Assembly: GCA_020696365.1 (NCBI GenBank)
Contig: JAEHCM010000001.1
Span: forward strand, 18,813 to 82,812
DNA: 64,000 nucleotides
Direction of reading: 5' to 3'
From: Thermoplasmata archaeon
Lineage (GTDB): Archaea; Thermoplasmatota; Thermoplasmata; UBA10834
Part shown: in pieces, positions 29,901-37,699 of the stretch
How positions within the stretch are numbered: the stretch's first letter is position 1
Layout of the letters: each line of letters begins with the position of its first letter
Position numbers and translations under genes: made by a program
Notes under the pieces: generated by a model
Seen by the model: only the letters and a program-made list of their open reading frames with translations
Told to the model about the DNA's origin: nothing
The model's database searches: none

Positions 29901-32881
29901 CATGTATATGGAAGCGTGTCGTCCTGCGCGTACAGCTCATACGTCCCTCCGTCGAACCGGTACCAGAGCTCCACATACTGTACTCCGAACGGATCGTCGC
30001 CAATCGCGGTCACCGTGAAGGTCGTCGTGGCCTGTTCGTACGGTGATATCTCATCGACATAGGAGAACGGCGTGCCGGTGTTCATGATGATCCAGGTATC
30101 GTTCTCGGACGGGGCGGCCTCTTCATTCTCGGCAATATCCCAAGCCCTCGTGTAGAACGCATATATGCCGTCGCCATACGCTTCGGTGGAGTCGAATGTG
30201 AAGACGTAGGGTACCTCCTCGTCCTCGGCCCACAGCACGAAATCGCCATCGTCGAAGCTGACATACAGATCGACCGACGATATGCCATTGGCGTCGCTAG
30301 CGTCAACAGTCAGGTCAAACACCGAGTTGTCCTTGATTATTGGGTCGTCGCCAACACCTGGCTTTACCGGGTCCGTTATCATCGACACCGGCGGGATTGG
30401 GTCCTTTGACAGCACGAAGTTCTCGATCACTTCTTCATTGGGATCGACTAACACATCATCGCGAACCTCGCGCATGTACCCAGCTGCGGTAACCCTGATG
30501 TCGTACGTATCCGGGGCCGCAACATCGAAGGTGTAGTACCCGTCGGAGTCGGTTGTGTCACTCATGATCTCGGTGGTTGTGTCAGCCTCGAGGAGCTCCA
30601 CATAAGCTTCAGAGATGGGCTCGATATCAGGTGCACCATAGACCGTGCCTGAAACGCTCGGCCGGCGATCCATGGAGATATCTTCGGGGATGGTAGTCGT
30701 CGTGTTCTCGACCAGAGTCACGGGCGGCTCAATCCCACCAGGCACATACCCAGGCTTGCTCGTGTTCACATAAGCTAGACCTTGACCGTTGACTATCAGT
30801 GTAACAAGACCTTCTGAGTCGGTGGTTCCTGTCGCGACAACGATTCCACCAATAGACACGGTCACCAATACGTCTGCGAGATCATCGTCGGCTGGGGGCT
30901 TGACTGCCGCGTCGACTACATGCACCTCGACGACGGGTTTGTGTTGCAGCACCATGTCGATTGTCTCGTCAGCGCCTCCTGCGATGGTCTTGGCGGTAGA
31001 GTTGTCGAAGTAGTCCTGCTTCGAAGCCTCGATGGTCAGGTCGCCCAGGTCGCCTTCATCCTCCAGCACAAACGAGTATGCACCTTCTCCATCGGTTGTG
31101 GCGCTATACAGCAACGTGCCCGTGTCATCCAGAACCTCCACAAGTGCATCCTCGAGTGGCTCCAGGGATGGATAGGTAGAGCCGTTATATATCGTGCCGC
31201 CAATCTCGGGGAACTTGTACAGTTCCAGGGTTACGTTCTCCACGTCGCCGAATGCGAGAGGCAAATCCTCCACGCTGTCAGAGAAGTACCCGTCATAGGA
31301 TGCGGATATCCCATAGGTCCCCGGTGGAACTTCGATTATCTCGTCGATACCGTAGCTGCCATTGGCCAGGGTCCTCACCGTCGTTTCGAAGACCGGCGTC
31401 TGGCATTCGATTGTCACAAGAGCGTCGCCAAGAGGCGTTAGGTCAGTCGCGTCGAGGATATATCCAAACACCTGAGGGCTGTCAGGCAGTTCTACCTCGT
31501 ACCCGAGATAGAGATATGCGGCTCCACGCATCGAAGTCGATTCCGGGGCCCCCACCGCGAAATCGGCTGCCTCCTCCTCATCCTCGGCGGCATAGTCGGC
31601 AGTGATGTACGTTCCAGACGCTACGCAGTATCCGAATTTTCCGAACGCGTCCGTGCCCTGCACGATCACGTCAGGAACATCGTCCGCTATACTGTCCCCG
31701 TAGAAGACATACGCCCTGCCCGCGTCGACTCCCCCGGTGTCATCGCCAGGTGCGCCCACAATGAGGTCGCCGATGCCATCCGTCCTCGGATCCCCGGAGG
31801 CGACTGCATATCCGAACTCGTCGCCTGCCACCCCGGTTGAAAGGACCACGTCAACAGTCTTGTCGAACTTACCGGCTGTAGTACCGCCGTAGTATATGCC
31901 CACCTCACCGATGGAGTTTGCATAAGGGGCGCCTGTCGCAACATCGCTGATCCCGTCGTCGTTGAAGTCCAGAACCGCGACCGAATATCCGAGTTGATCG
32001 CCTTCTACGTCGCCTGTCAGCGTGACCCGCTTCGGAGACGACTTCGCCACATTCAGAAACACGCATGCGGCACCCTTCCCCGAACTCGTCGTCGGAGCGC
32101 CGATGACAATGTCTCCCATGGATGTGCCGTCCAGATTGGCGCCCCCGGCTACGGCAAACCCGAATTGATCTCCGTCGTTAGTGCCGTAGAACGTCTTGTC
32201 CGGAGTCGTGTCCATCGAAGATCCACCGTACAGGACGTATGCTTTGCCGGTTCCGATATCCGGGACGCCGACGAGCACGTCATCGTATCCGTCAGAGTTG
32301 ATGTCTCCAGCGGTCGAGACCGCATATCCGAGCCTTCCCCTGAGGTCGTCTCCGACTATCGTCTTGTCAGCGCCTGTTGACTCAGCTGGCAGGGAGCTTA
32401 CATCCCCCCCGTAGAATATGTACGCCACTCCTGCATCCAACAGGTTTGTGTCGTTGAAGGGTGCGCCTACGATTAGATCGTCTGCACCATTGAAGGCGCT
32501 ATTCACGTCGCCCGCGCGCGCAACCGAGAATCCGAACATCTCCCCCGGGGAGCCGAAAATCACAGCATCTGGGTCGGTCTTCTCGACGCCTCCCAGATAT
32601 ATCATAACCTTTCCGGAGAGGAAGCCGTTCTCGGAATCGAGCGGAGCCCCGACTATAAGGTCGGCGTTCCCGTCCCCGTCGATATCCATGAGCGCGACGC
32701 TTCTCCCTGCACGGGCGCCATCAAACTCGCCAGTCACGGTCATGTACGGATCAGTGACATCCACAGCCCGCGCATGGTTAGACACAAGCGGGAGTAGAGC
32801 GGCGGCAATCATACACAATACCACAAACACTGCGACAACACCGCCGCTAAGTCTCCTCTGAATGAGGGTTCCCCTATCCAA
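26975..32881 (-). CDS. Giant (1968 aa) acidic cell-surface protein: signal peptide, ~7 FG-GAP/integrin-alpha-like repeats, carboxypeptidase-regulatory-like domains, ~10 tandem Ig-like domains, C-terminal TM anchor
   Basis: Signal VVAVFVVLCMIAAALLPLVSNHARA. Repeated D-x-D/N-x-D-G...(I/V)VGAP motifs. Repeated VDTxxPxVxI...SG(I/V)..(I/V)E(V)..DGG.W...H(T/E)..V.A.D.AGN units. C-terminal LLIGGIVLAIIVLAAVAVMLMRRKK. Confidence 0.9.
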   Translation of the reverse strand: MDRGTLIQRRLSGGVVAVFVVLCMIAAALLPLVSNHARAVDVTDPYMTVTGEFDGARAGRSVALMDIDGDGNADLIVGAPLDSENGFLSGKVMIYLGGVEKTDPDAVIFGSPGEMFGFSVARAGDVNSAFNGADDLIVGAPFNDTNLLDAGVAYIFYGGDVSSLPAESTGADKTIVGDDLRGRLGYAVSTAGDINSDGYDDVLVGVPDIGTGKAYVLYGGSSMDTTPDKTFYGTNDGDQFGFAVAGGANLDGTSMGDIVIGAPTTSSGKGAACVFLNVAKSSPKRVTLTGDVEGDQLGYSVAVLDFNDDGISDVATGAPYANSIGEVGIYYGGTTAGKFDKTVDVVLSTGVAGDEFGYAVASGDPRTDGIGDLIVGAPGDDTGGVDAGRAYVFYGDSIADDVPDVIVQGTDAFGKFGYCVASGTYITADYAAEDEEEAADFAVGAPESTSMRGAAYLYLGYEVELPDSPQVFGYILDATDLTPLGDALVTIECQTPVFETTVRTLANGSYGIDEIIEVPPGTYGISASYDGYFSDSVEDLPLAFGDVENVTLELYKFPEIGGTIYNGSTYPSLEPLEDALVEVLDDTGTLLYSATTDGEGAYSFVLEDEGDLGDLTIEASKQDYFDNSTAKTIAGGADETIDMVLQHKPVVEVHVVDAAVKPPADDDLADVLVTVSIGGIVVATGTTDSEGLVTLIVNGQGLAYVNTSKPGYVPGGIEPPVTLVENTTTTIPEDISMDRRPSVSGTVYGAPDIEPISEAYVELLEADTTTEIMSDTTDSDGYYTFDVAAPDTYDIRVTAAGYMREVRDDVLVDPNEEVIENFVLSKDPIPPVSMITDPVKPGVGDDPIIKDNSVFDLTVDASDANGISSVDLYVSFDDGDFVLWAEDEEVPYVFTFDSTEAYGDGIYAFYTRAWDIAENEEAAPSENDTWIIMNTGTPFSYVDEISPYEQATTTFTVTAIGDDPFGVQYVELWYRFDGGTYELYAQDDTLPYTWEFEATEDDGVYDFYSILVNGLGDEEDAPDEPDASALVDTTPPDVTVDPPIDPVISTASVGLYVTFSDVGSGLSTASYQVDSDDPEMLDVDEGSPEIVLDETLSGLADGDHTILLSATDMVEWETTEEISFVVDTAEPSVTIEAPVDGEAINTVTVEARWTIDEPVSGIKSIEVWLDDGDPEDATGMDSFTFDDLGDGEHTITVYVVSVAGADDTATTTFEVDTIDPTVVIREPVDGTLIVTTNVYVRWEQSDLGSGLEKVEVRLDDGDWEIAMTNSTTIPNVDEGTHTVQVNATDKAGNWDMDEVIFGVDGTPPEIIILSPEDGFVYDTDSVEASWEVTDDGTGVDLDTVEYKLDTSPSWTDAGAAVGTMTLPDLSEGTHTFSMRASDLAGNDAIVKSVGFTVDTVDPTVAIDYEVLPSHDVLATYTSDGTGTDVVLTEIRLNGGDWEVADSASTTFPELLDGERTIDVRVTDEAGNTGTDSVTFVLDSNPPVVYILSPDDDEVVGGAPVTVEWNATDLGSGVSAIEIKLDDGVGVDVTGETSYEFSDLDEGLHTVTVSAVDGGGNEDTASVTFEVDTTAPTVQITAPETGAILSSSDVLAAWTATDSSSGIGLVEGSLDGGAWTTVTSSPFALYSLTDGEHEFSIRATDGVGNTAAAVSVSFSVDTIGPELEITAPTEGAYVGATVEVTWTVSDAESGVETVEVRLDGGTWTVASDSSHEFTGLANGEHTVDVIATDLAGNPSAMASVTFTVMVDTVAPTVSITSPTNGSSLGASSVTVAWTASDGTGSGIDTIEVELDAGAWTTVTGSSHEFTALAEGTHMVSVRVTDNAGNAATIGVTFMVDTVDPSLSITSPEDGMDTRDTTVTITWTCTDIGCGIDRIEVCVDGESYISVGTVSERDFTDLAVGDHTVDVRAYDKAGNMVETSVDFTVTEGGGISALLIGGIVLAIIVLAAVAVMLMRRKKTPAPPMQE
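27100..29780 (-). repeat. About ten tandem ~85-92-codon Ig-like domain repeats inside the giant surface-protein gene (approximate bounds)
   Basis: Each unit starts with VDT(T/V/I)xP(T/S/E)(V/L)xI and ends with ..V(T/S)F.V. Protein-level periodicity is clear but nucleotide-level identity is only partial. Confidence 0.7.
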
Positions 32882-33091
32882 TACAATTCCTCCAGATGCT
32901 TTCGAGTAGGAGTTGCCGCTATTAAATGGTTTTCGGGGAAAGCCGTCAGTGTTCGTTCAACTTACATATATCTTTCTCTAGAATAAAACACGGCCTCCGT
33001 CGCCATTCACGGCCCATTTAGAGAGGTCGCAATTGGCGAAAGAACACGTTTTTAAGTGAGGCTACAGTTCTGCGTACCGAGGGCGCTTCAG

Positions 33092-34099
33092 ATGAAGATC
33101 GGAATAAACGGCTTCGGAAGGATCGGAAGGAATGTCTTCAGAGCGGCGATTCAGAAGCCTGGCTACGGAAAGGATTTTAGAATCGTCGCCGTGAACGACA
33201 TCGCACCTATCGACTCTCTCGCATACCAGCTCAAGTGGGATTCGATCTACGGGAAGCTTGATGGAGAGGTGACAACCGACGGACGGTCCCTCTCGGTCGA
33301 TGGATCGGACATCGCGGTCACGCAGTTCAGAGACCCCGCGGAGATACCGTGGAAGAGCCATGAAGTGGATGTCGTAATCGAATCCACGGGCCTGTTCACA
33401 GCGAGAGAGAAGGCGGCGAAACACCTCTCTGGCGGCGCCCGGAAGGTCATCGTCTCGGCTCCCTCGAAAGATTGTGATGCCACGCTCGTCCTTGGAGTCA
33501 ACTTCGACGCGTACGACCCTGCGAAGCACGATGTCGTCTCCAACGCCTCGTGCACGACTAACAGTCTCGCACCCCCGGCGAAGGTGGTCAACGACGAGTT
33601 CACGATCGCCCAGGGAATGATGACCACGATCCATGCGTACACCGGCGACCAGAAGCTGGTGGACCTACCCCACAAGGATTTCAGGCGGGGGAGGGCAGGC
33701 GCATTGTCGATCATACCTACATCCACTGGTGCTGCGAAGGCGATCGGAATGGTCATACCTGATTTGGCTGGTAAGCTGAACGGATTCGCCCTGCGCGTCC
33801 CGACGCCATGTGGTTCCGTGACGGACCTCAGCTTCACCACGGAGAAGGACATGACCAAGGAGGACCTCAACGGCGCTCTCAAGGTCGCGTCCGAAGGACC
33901 CATGAAGGACATCATGGAGTTCTGCGAGGAGCCGATCGTGTCCAGAGATGTCGTAGGTAACCCAAATTCGGCCATAGTCGACTCGGAGCTCTCCCTGGTC
34001 ATCGGTGGCAAGGGACGGTTCGGGAAGATACTCTCGTGGTACGACAACGAATGGGGGTACGCCAACCGACTGGTCGAACTCGCTCCCAAGCTGCTCTAG
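33092..34099 (+). CDS. gap: Glyceraldehyde-3-phosphate dehydrogenase, class I (bacterial/eukaryotic type)
   Basis: MKIGINGFGRIGRN, catalytic SNASCTTNSLAP, WYDNEWGY. Start moved to 33092 (MKIGING). Confidence 0.9.
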   Translation: MKIGINGFGRIGRNVFRAAIQKPGYGKDFRIVAVNDIAPIDSLAYQLKWDSIYGKLDGEVTTDGRSLSVDGSDIAVTQFRDPAEIPWKSHEVDVVIESTGLFTAREKAAKHLSGGARKVIVSAPSKDCDATLVLGVNFDAYDPAKHDVVSNASCTTNSLAPPAKVVNDEFTIAQGMMTTIHAYTGDQKLVDLPHKDFRRGRAGALSIIPTSTGAAKAIGMVIPDLAGKLNGFALRVPTPCGSVTDLSFTTEKDMTKEDLNGALKVASEGPMKDIMEFCEEPIVSRDVVGNPNSAIVDSELSLVIGGKGRFGKILSWYDNEWGYANRLVELAPKLL

Positions 34100-34162
34100 C
34101 AGTGGGGTTGGTAGGCATTCCGAGGCAACGGTTAAGAGGGTGCTGCGCCTAACTCAAGGGCG

Positions 34163-34321
34163 ATGGTATCCTGCTACGATTGCGACCACTTCGGCACCAA
34201 CTGCAAGGGCACACTCCCGCCCATTGAATACAGGGACAGGATCGACGAGTACTGCAAGAACTACAAGGTCGTCGCGTGGAGACGAGAGCTCTACAAGCCG
34301 GGCGGAGAGACGCGCATCTGA
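34163..34321 (+). CDS. Hypothetical small Cys-rich protein (52 aa)
   Basis: Own translation: MVSCYDCDHFGTNCKGTLPPIEYRDRIDEYCKNYKVVAWRRELYKPGGETRI. It is below the track cutoff and its stop abuts the endA stop. Confidence 0.35.
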   Translation: MVSCYDCDHFGTNCKGTLPPIEYRDRIDEYCKNYKVVAWRRELYKPGGETRI

Positions 34322-35464
34322 TCAAGGCCTATAACGGGCGAGACAGACGTACTCCACCTTCTTCTCTGAGACTCTACCCAAGAGGATGTCCTTTCTCACA
34401 CCGTGCGCGAGCCTGACCGCCCTGCTGACCTCCGGCCACATGGCCTTGTAGTGCTTGGGCACCGCATGGACCAGGTATTTCGCGTGGCTCCTTCCGAGGT
34501 CGCTCTCGTACGCCCTGAAATGTGACCCGTACTTGAACCCGGTCTTCACGATGAGGCCTTTGGCCTTGAGGTCCTTGAACGCGCTGAGGCGGATGCCGAA
34601 GTCGGGTTGGAGCTTCTTGGCACGCTTCTTCAAGGTCTCGAGACCGACGGGCCTGTTCGTCCTACCGTCCCTGAGCTTCAACGCCCGGAGCTCCGCAAGG
34701 AACACCGCCTCGAGGAGGGACAGCTGGAGTATCTGCCCTATCTGCTTCCCGAAGTGGTGCTCGTGTTGCAGCATAGACACCCCCTGCTCGTCCGTCACGA
34801 TGACCCTGTCGGCCATCACGACCCCTTCTATGCGGCCCTCGGCATCGAAGACCTCCAGCCGGCCACCTGGTGAGACCCTCTTGACCTCGTAGTAGGTCAC
34901 GTCGCTCTCCTCGTCCACAACGGCCAGGAGCAGTTTCTTCCGTATATCCGACGCCCGGTCCAGATTGTCGAGCATGTCCCCCAGGTCGAAGGTCGAACGT
35001 TCCGATATGGCCGCCACCCACCACTTGCTGGGGGTCTTGTTCGGGGAACCTCCTCTCGGGAAGACCCGGAAATCCAGAGGGGGCTGGCCCAGCTTGACGA
35101 TGTATCCCCTCTGTCTCAGCTCGCGGTAGACCAGGTACTGGATCTCGAACCCATCCGATGCCTTGTGAGCGAGCCTCATCAGATCCCCAGTCTTCAGTGA
35201 CTTGCCCCTCGATTCCACCTCGAGTCTGCCGCTGTCGACGAGATACGTTGCCTCCATGAGGCTCAGCCTAAGAGACCCACCGGACTGGGGGACGCCGTAG
35301 TATCCCTTGTTGTGAATCTGGCTCGCCTCAATCGGGTCGGAGATCAAGACCTCCGACGCCTTCAGTACGCCGGTCATTTCGCGTGCGTATAGCGATTGGT
35401 GGTTATTACAGTAGCAGGGGTGATGACGAGAGGGGCTGCCCGAACGGTTAAGCGCAACTTTCAT
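34322..35464 (-). CDS. endA: tRNA-splicing endonuclease, two-unit (alpha2-type) form
   Basis: Duplicated architecture with LSLMEATYLV in the N-terminal unit and GFKYGSHFRAYE...HAKYLVHAV in the catalytic C-terminal unit. The likely true start is MTGVLK at 35377. Confidence 0.9.
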   Translation of the reverse strand: MKVALNRSGSPSRHHPCYCNNHQSLYAREMTGVLKASEVLISDPIEASQIHNKGYYGVPQSGGSLRLSLMEATYLVDSGRLEVESRGKSLKTGDLMRLAHKASDGFEIQYLVYRELRQRGYIVKLGQPPLDFRVFPRGGSPNKTPSKWWVAAISERSTFDLGDMLDNLDRASDIRKKLLLAVVDEESDVTYYEVKRVSPGGRLEVFDAEGRIEGVVMADRVIVTDEQGVSMLQHEHHFGKQIGQILQLSLLEAVFLAELRALKLRDGRTNRPVGLETLKKRAKKLQPDFGIRLSAFKDLKAKGLIVKTGFKYGSHFRAYESDLGRSHAKYLVHAVPKHYKAMWPEVSRAVRLAHGVRKDILLGRVSEKKVEYVCLARYRP

Positions 35465-35595
35465 ATAGAAGTGCTAACATATTTCTGCGGTGAGGACTCT
35501 TTCCTCATTACGGTGTATAACACCCTGGAGATGAAGAGTTGATAAGAAGGAGAGATGGGCGTGTGAATATGGCATCCGGGAGCCACTGGGGGACG

Positions 35596-35986
35596 CTCTG
35601 GCCCGATCCGGTGGCGGTGTTGAACGACATCGACAGGGTATTCGACGATTTCAGATCCCCAGCCCCCACCGGACCCGGAGGCGAGGAAGGAGATACTCAG
35701 GATAGACACGAAGGGGAGGCCGTTGACGGATGATGTCGACATCGACAAGCTCGCGTCGAGGATGCGTAACTTCACCGGCGCTGAGATCGCGGCGGTGGCC
35801 AGCGAGGCCATCATGCTAGCGATACGCGATCTTGTGCTCAGCGGGGAGGAGCTTGACGAGGCTACGATAAGCGCAGTCAGGGTTGATATGAAATACTTCG
35901 AGAAGGCTATGGAGAACGTGCAGCCGATGAGCGAGACCGAACTGATGAAATACGAGCGACTGACCCCGAATGCCATGTACCGGTAG
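35596..35986 (+). pseudogene. Truncated, frameshifted C-terminal fragment of an AAA+ ATPase (CDC48/PAN-like lid region)
   Basis: Frame A reads WPDPVAVLNDIDRVFDDFRSPAP. After a C-run the sequence continues in another frame as PDPEARKEILRIDTKGRPLTDDVDIDKLASRMRNFTGAEIAAVASEAIMLAIRD. No Walker A/B region exists upstream, because endA occupies that space. Confidence 0.55.
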
Positions 35987-36012
35987 AGACCCGGCACCGA
36001 CAGACGATTACC

Positions 36013-36999
36013 ATGCAGACAACCAAGACCGAGAGACGGGCTGTGACCGCCAACAGAGACCAGCTGATAGCGAGGGTGAGGGAGACCCTCGCAACCTGCG
36101 GATTCTACGTGTCCGAACCACACCACCTCAGAAGCGTCAGCTTCGACGTGATCGCCCGCAGGGACAGCCACCTGCTCATCTTCAAGGTGCTATCCAACAT
36201 AGACTCACTCTCACAGAGCGACTCGGACGACCTGCGCGTCCTGGCGACCACGCTGGGCGGCAGCCCGATCATCATCGGCCTCCATTCAAGCGCGGCGGAG
36301 CTGGAGGAGGGCATCCTCTACTCGCGGTTCGGGCTTCCCATACTATCGGAGGAATCCTTCAAAGAGCTGATGCTGGAGGGGGTCCCGCCCCTGGTGTACG
36401 CCGCCCCCGGCGGGCTGTATGTCAGGATAGACGGCGCGACCCTGCGCAGGGTGCGGGAGGAGAAGAGCATATCCCTCGGGGCCCTGGCGGAGGCTGCGGG
36501 TGTGTCGCGGAAGGCCATCCAGATGTACGAAGCGGGCATGGGCACCATGGTCGAGATCGCCGCGAGGATCGAGGAGTTCCTCGACCAGCCAGTCGTTCTG
36601 CCGCTGGACCCGTTCGAGTTCACTGCCGAGGTGGCTGAGCGCCTCAGAACGCTCGAAATCATCGACGACCAGAACAGGGAGATATTCGACATGCTCCGAG
36701 AGATAGGATACATGGTCCTCCCGACGAGGAGGTGTCCGTTCGACGCTTTCGCAAGAGAGGAGGAACTCCTGCTCACGGGGATAGGTGAAGACCGGAGACT
36801 GGTGGAGAGGAAAGCCCGGGTCGTCGGGAACCTCTCGAGGATCACGGAGAAGAAATCGGTCATCATAATCCAGCAGGAGAGCCGGGTCAAGGAGATAGAG
36901 GGGACCCCCCTTGTCTCCAAGGACGAGCTCCGCAAGGCGGACCACTCGGAGGACCTCATGAAGCTCATACAGAAGCGCGAGAAGAGGGCGAAGAGATGA
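36013..36999 (+). CDS. Archaeal putative HTH-type transcriptional regulator (nuclease-like N-domain plus XRE-type HTH)
   Basis: CGFYVSEP...SFDVIARRDSHLLIFKVLSNID and the HTH SLGALAEAAGVSRKAIQMYEAG. Confidence 0.8.
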   Translation: MQTTKTERRAVTANRDQLIARVRETLATCGFYVSEPHHLRSVSFDVIARRDSHLLIFKVLSNIDSLSQSDSDDLRVLATTLGGSPIIIGLHSSAAELEEGILYSRFGLPILSEESFKELMLEGVPPLVYAAPGGLYVRIDGATLRRVREEKSISLGALAEAAGVSRKAIQMYEAGMGTMVEIAARIEEFLDQPVVLPLDPFEFTAEVAERLRTLEIIDDQNREIFDMLREIGYMVLPTRRCPFDAFAREEELLLTGIGEDRRLVERKARVVGNLSRITEKKSVIIIQQESRVKEIEGTPLVSKDELRKADHSEDLMKLIQKREKRAKR

Positions 37000-37625
37000 G
37001 GGACATCACGAGGCTCTCGGTCGGCGATTCGACCGTCCACATCCTTCCAGTCATCCGTGGTCTGACATCCGAGATCTCGACGGTCCGAGAAGCGTTCGCC
37101 TCGGTGAACCCTGAAGCGGTGGCAGTTTCCCTGTCCAAGGAGGAGGTGGACGGGCTGAGGAACCTCCCAACGGACTTCGAGCCGGAGCTCTCGCGATATG
37201 ACGAGATATACGTACAAGGTCTCGCGAAGTTCGGGGAGGTCGCAGCACCGCCCCCCTGCTACGTGGCCGCAATCGAAATCGCCGATTCAGAGGGTGTGCC
37301 CGTCCTGCCGATAGACATCGACGAGGCGAGCTACACTGAGCTGTATTGCGCATCGGTGTCGGGGACGACGCTGTTCAGGAACTCGACCAGGACATGGCAT
37401 CTCAGCAGAAGGACTTTCTCCGCGGATACGCCGGAGCAATACGTCATGAAGATCGATAGGGCCTTCAACAACATGCGCGGGTTCAGGAACGTGGAGAACC
37501 AGCGCGCGGAGTGGATGGCCAGAGAGACCCTGAAGGCCGCCAAGAACTTCGGGCGACTCTTGACTGTGATTGAGTTCGAGCGGGCTGGGGACGTTGCAGG
37601 GCTGATTGACGGGAGGCCGCCCTGA
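36996..37625 (+). CDS. Conserved hypothetical protein, tentatively TraB/PrgY-like
   Basis: 4-nt ATGA overlap with the upstream regulator. STVHILPVIRGLTSEISTVREAF..VNPEAVAVSLSKEE loosely resembles the TraB N-terminus. The function call is weak. Confidence 0.55.
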   Translation: MRDITRLSVGDSTVHILPVIRGLTSEISTVREAFASVNPEAVAVSLSKEEVDGLRNLPTDFEPELSRYDEIYVQGLAKFGEVAAPPPCYVAAIEIADSEGVPVLPIDIDEASYTELYCASVSGTTLFRNSTRTWHLSRRTFSADTPEQYVMKIDRAFNNMRGFRNVENQRAEWMARETLKAAKNFGRLLTVIEFERAGDVAGLIDGRPP

Positions 37626-37699
37626 GGCCCCCGTCAGAAGACATGGACATAGGCTAGAGGAAGAGGTTTCCAGGTGTGACTCCGCACTCTGCTGGGCCA

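Noticed and set aside
33062-34089. Minus-strand ORFs 33062-33634 and 33247-34089 (280 aa)
   Set aside because: They are antisense shadows of the class I GAPDH gene.
35461-37217. Minus-strand ORFs 35461-36171 (236 aa) and 36318-37217 (299 aa)
   Set aside because: They are Ser-rich and low-complexity. They lie opposite the AAA fragment, the HTH regulator and the TraB-like gene, all of which have recognisable motifs.
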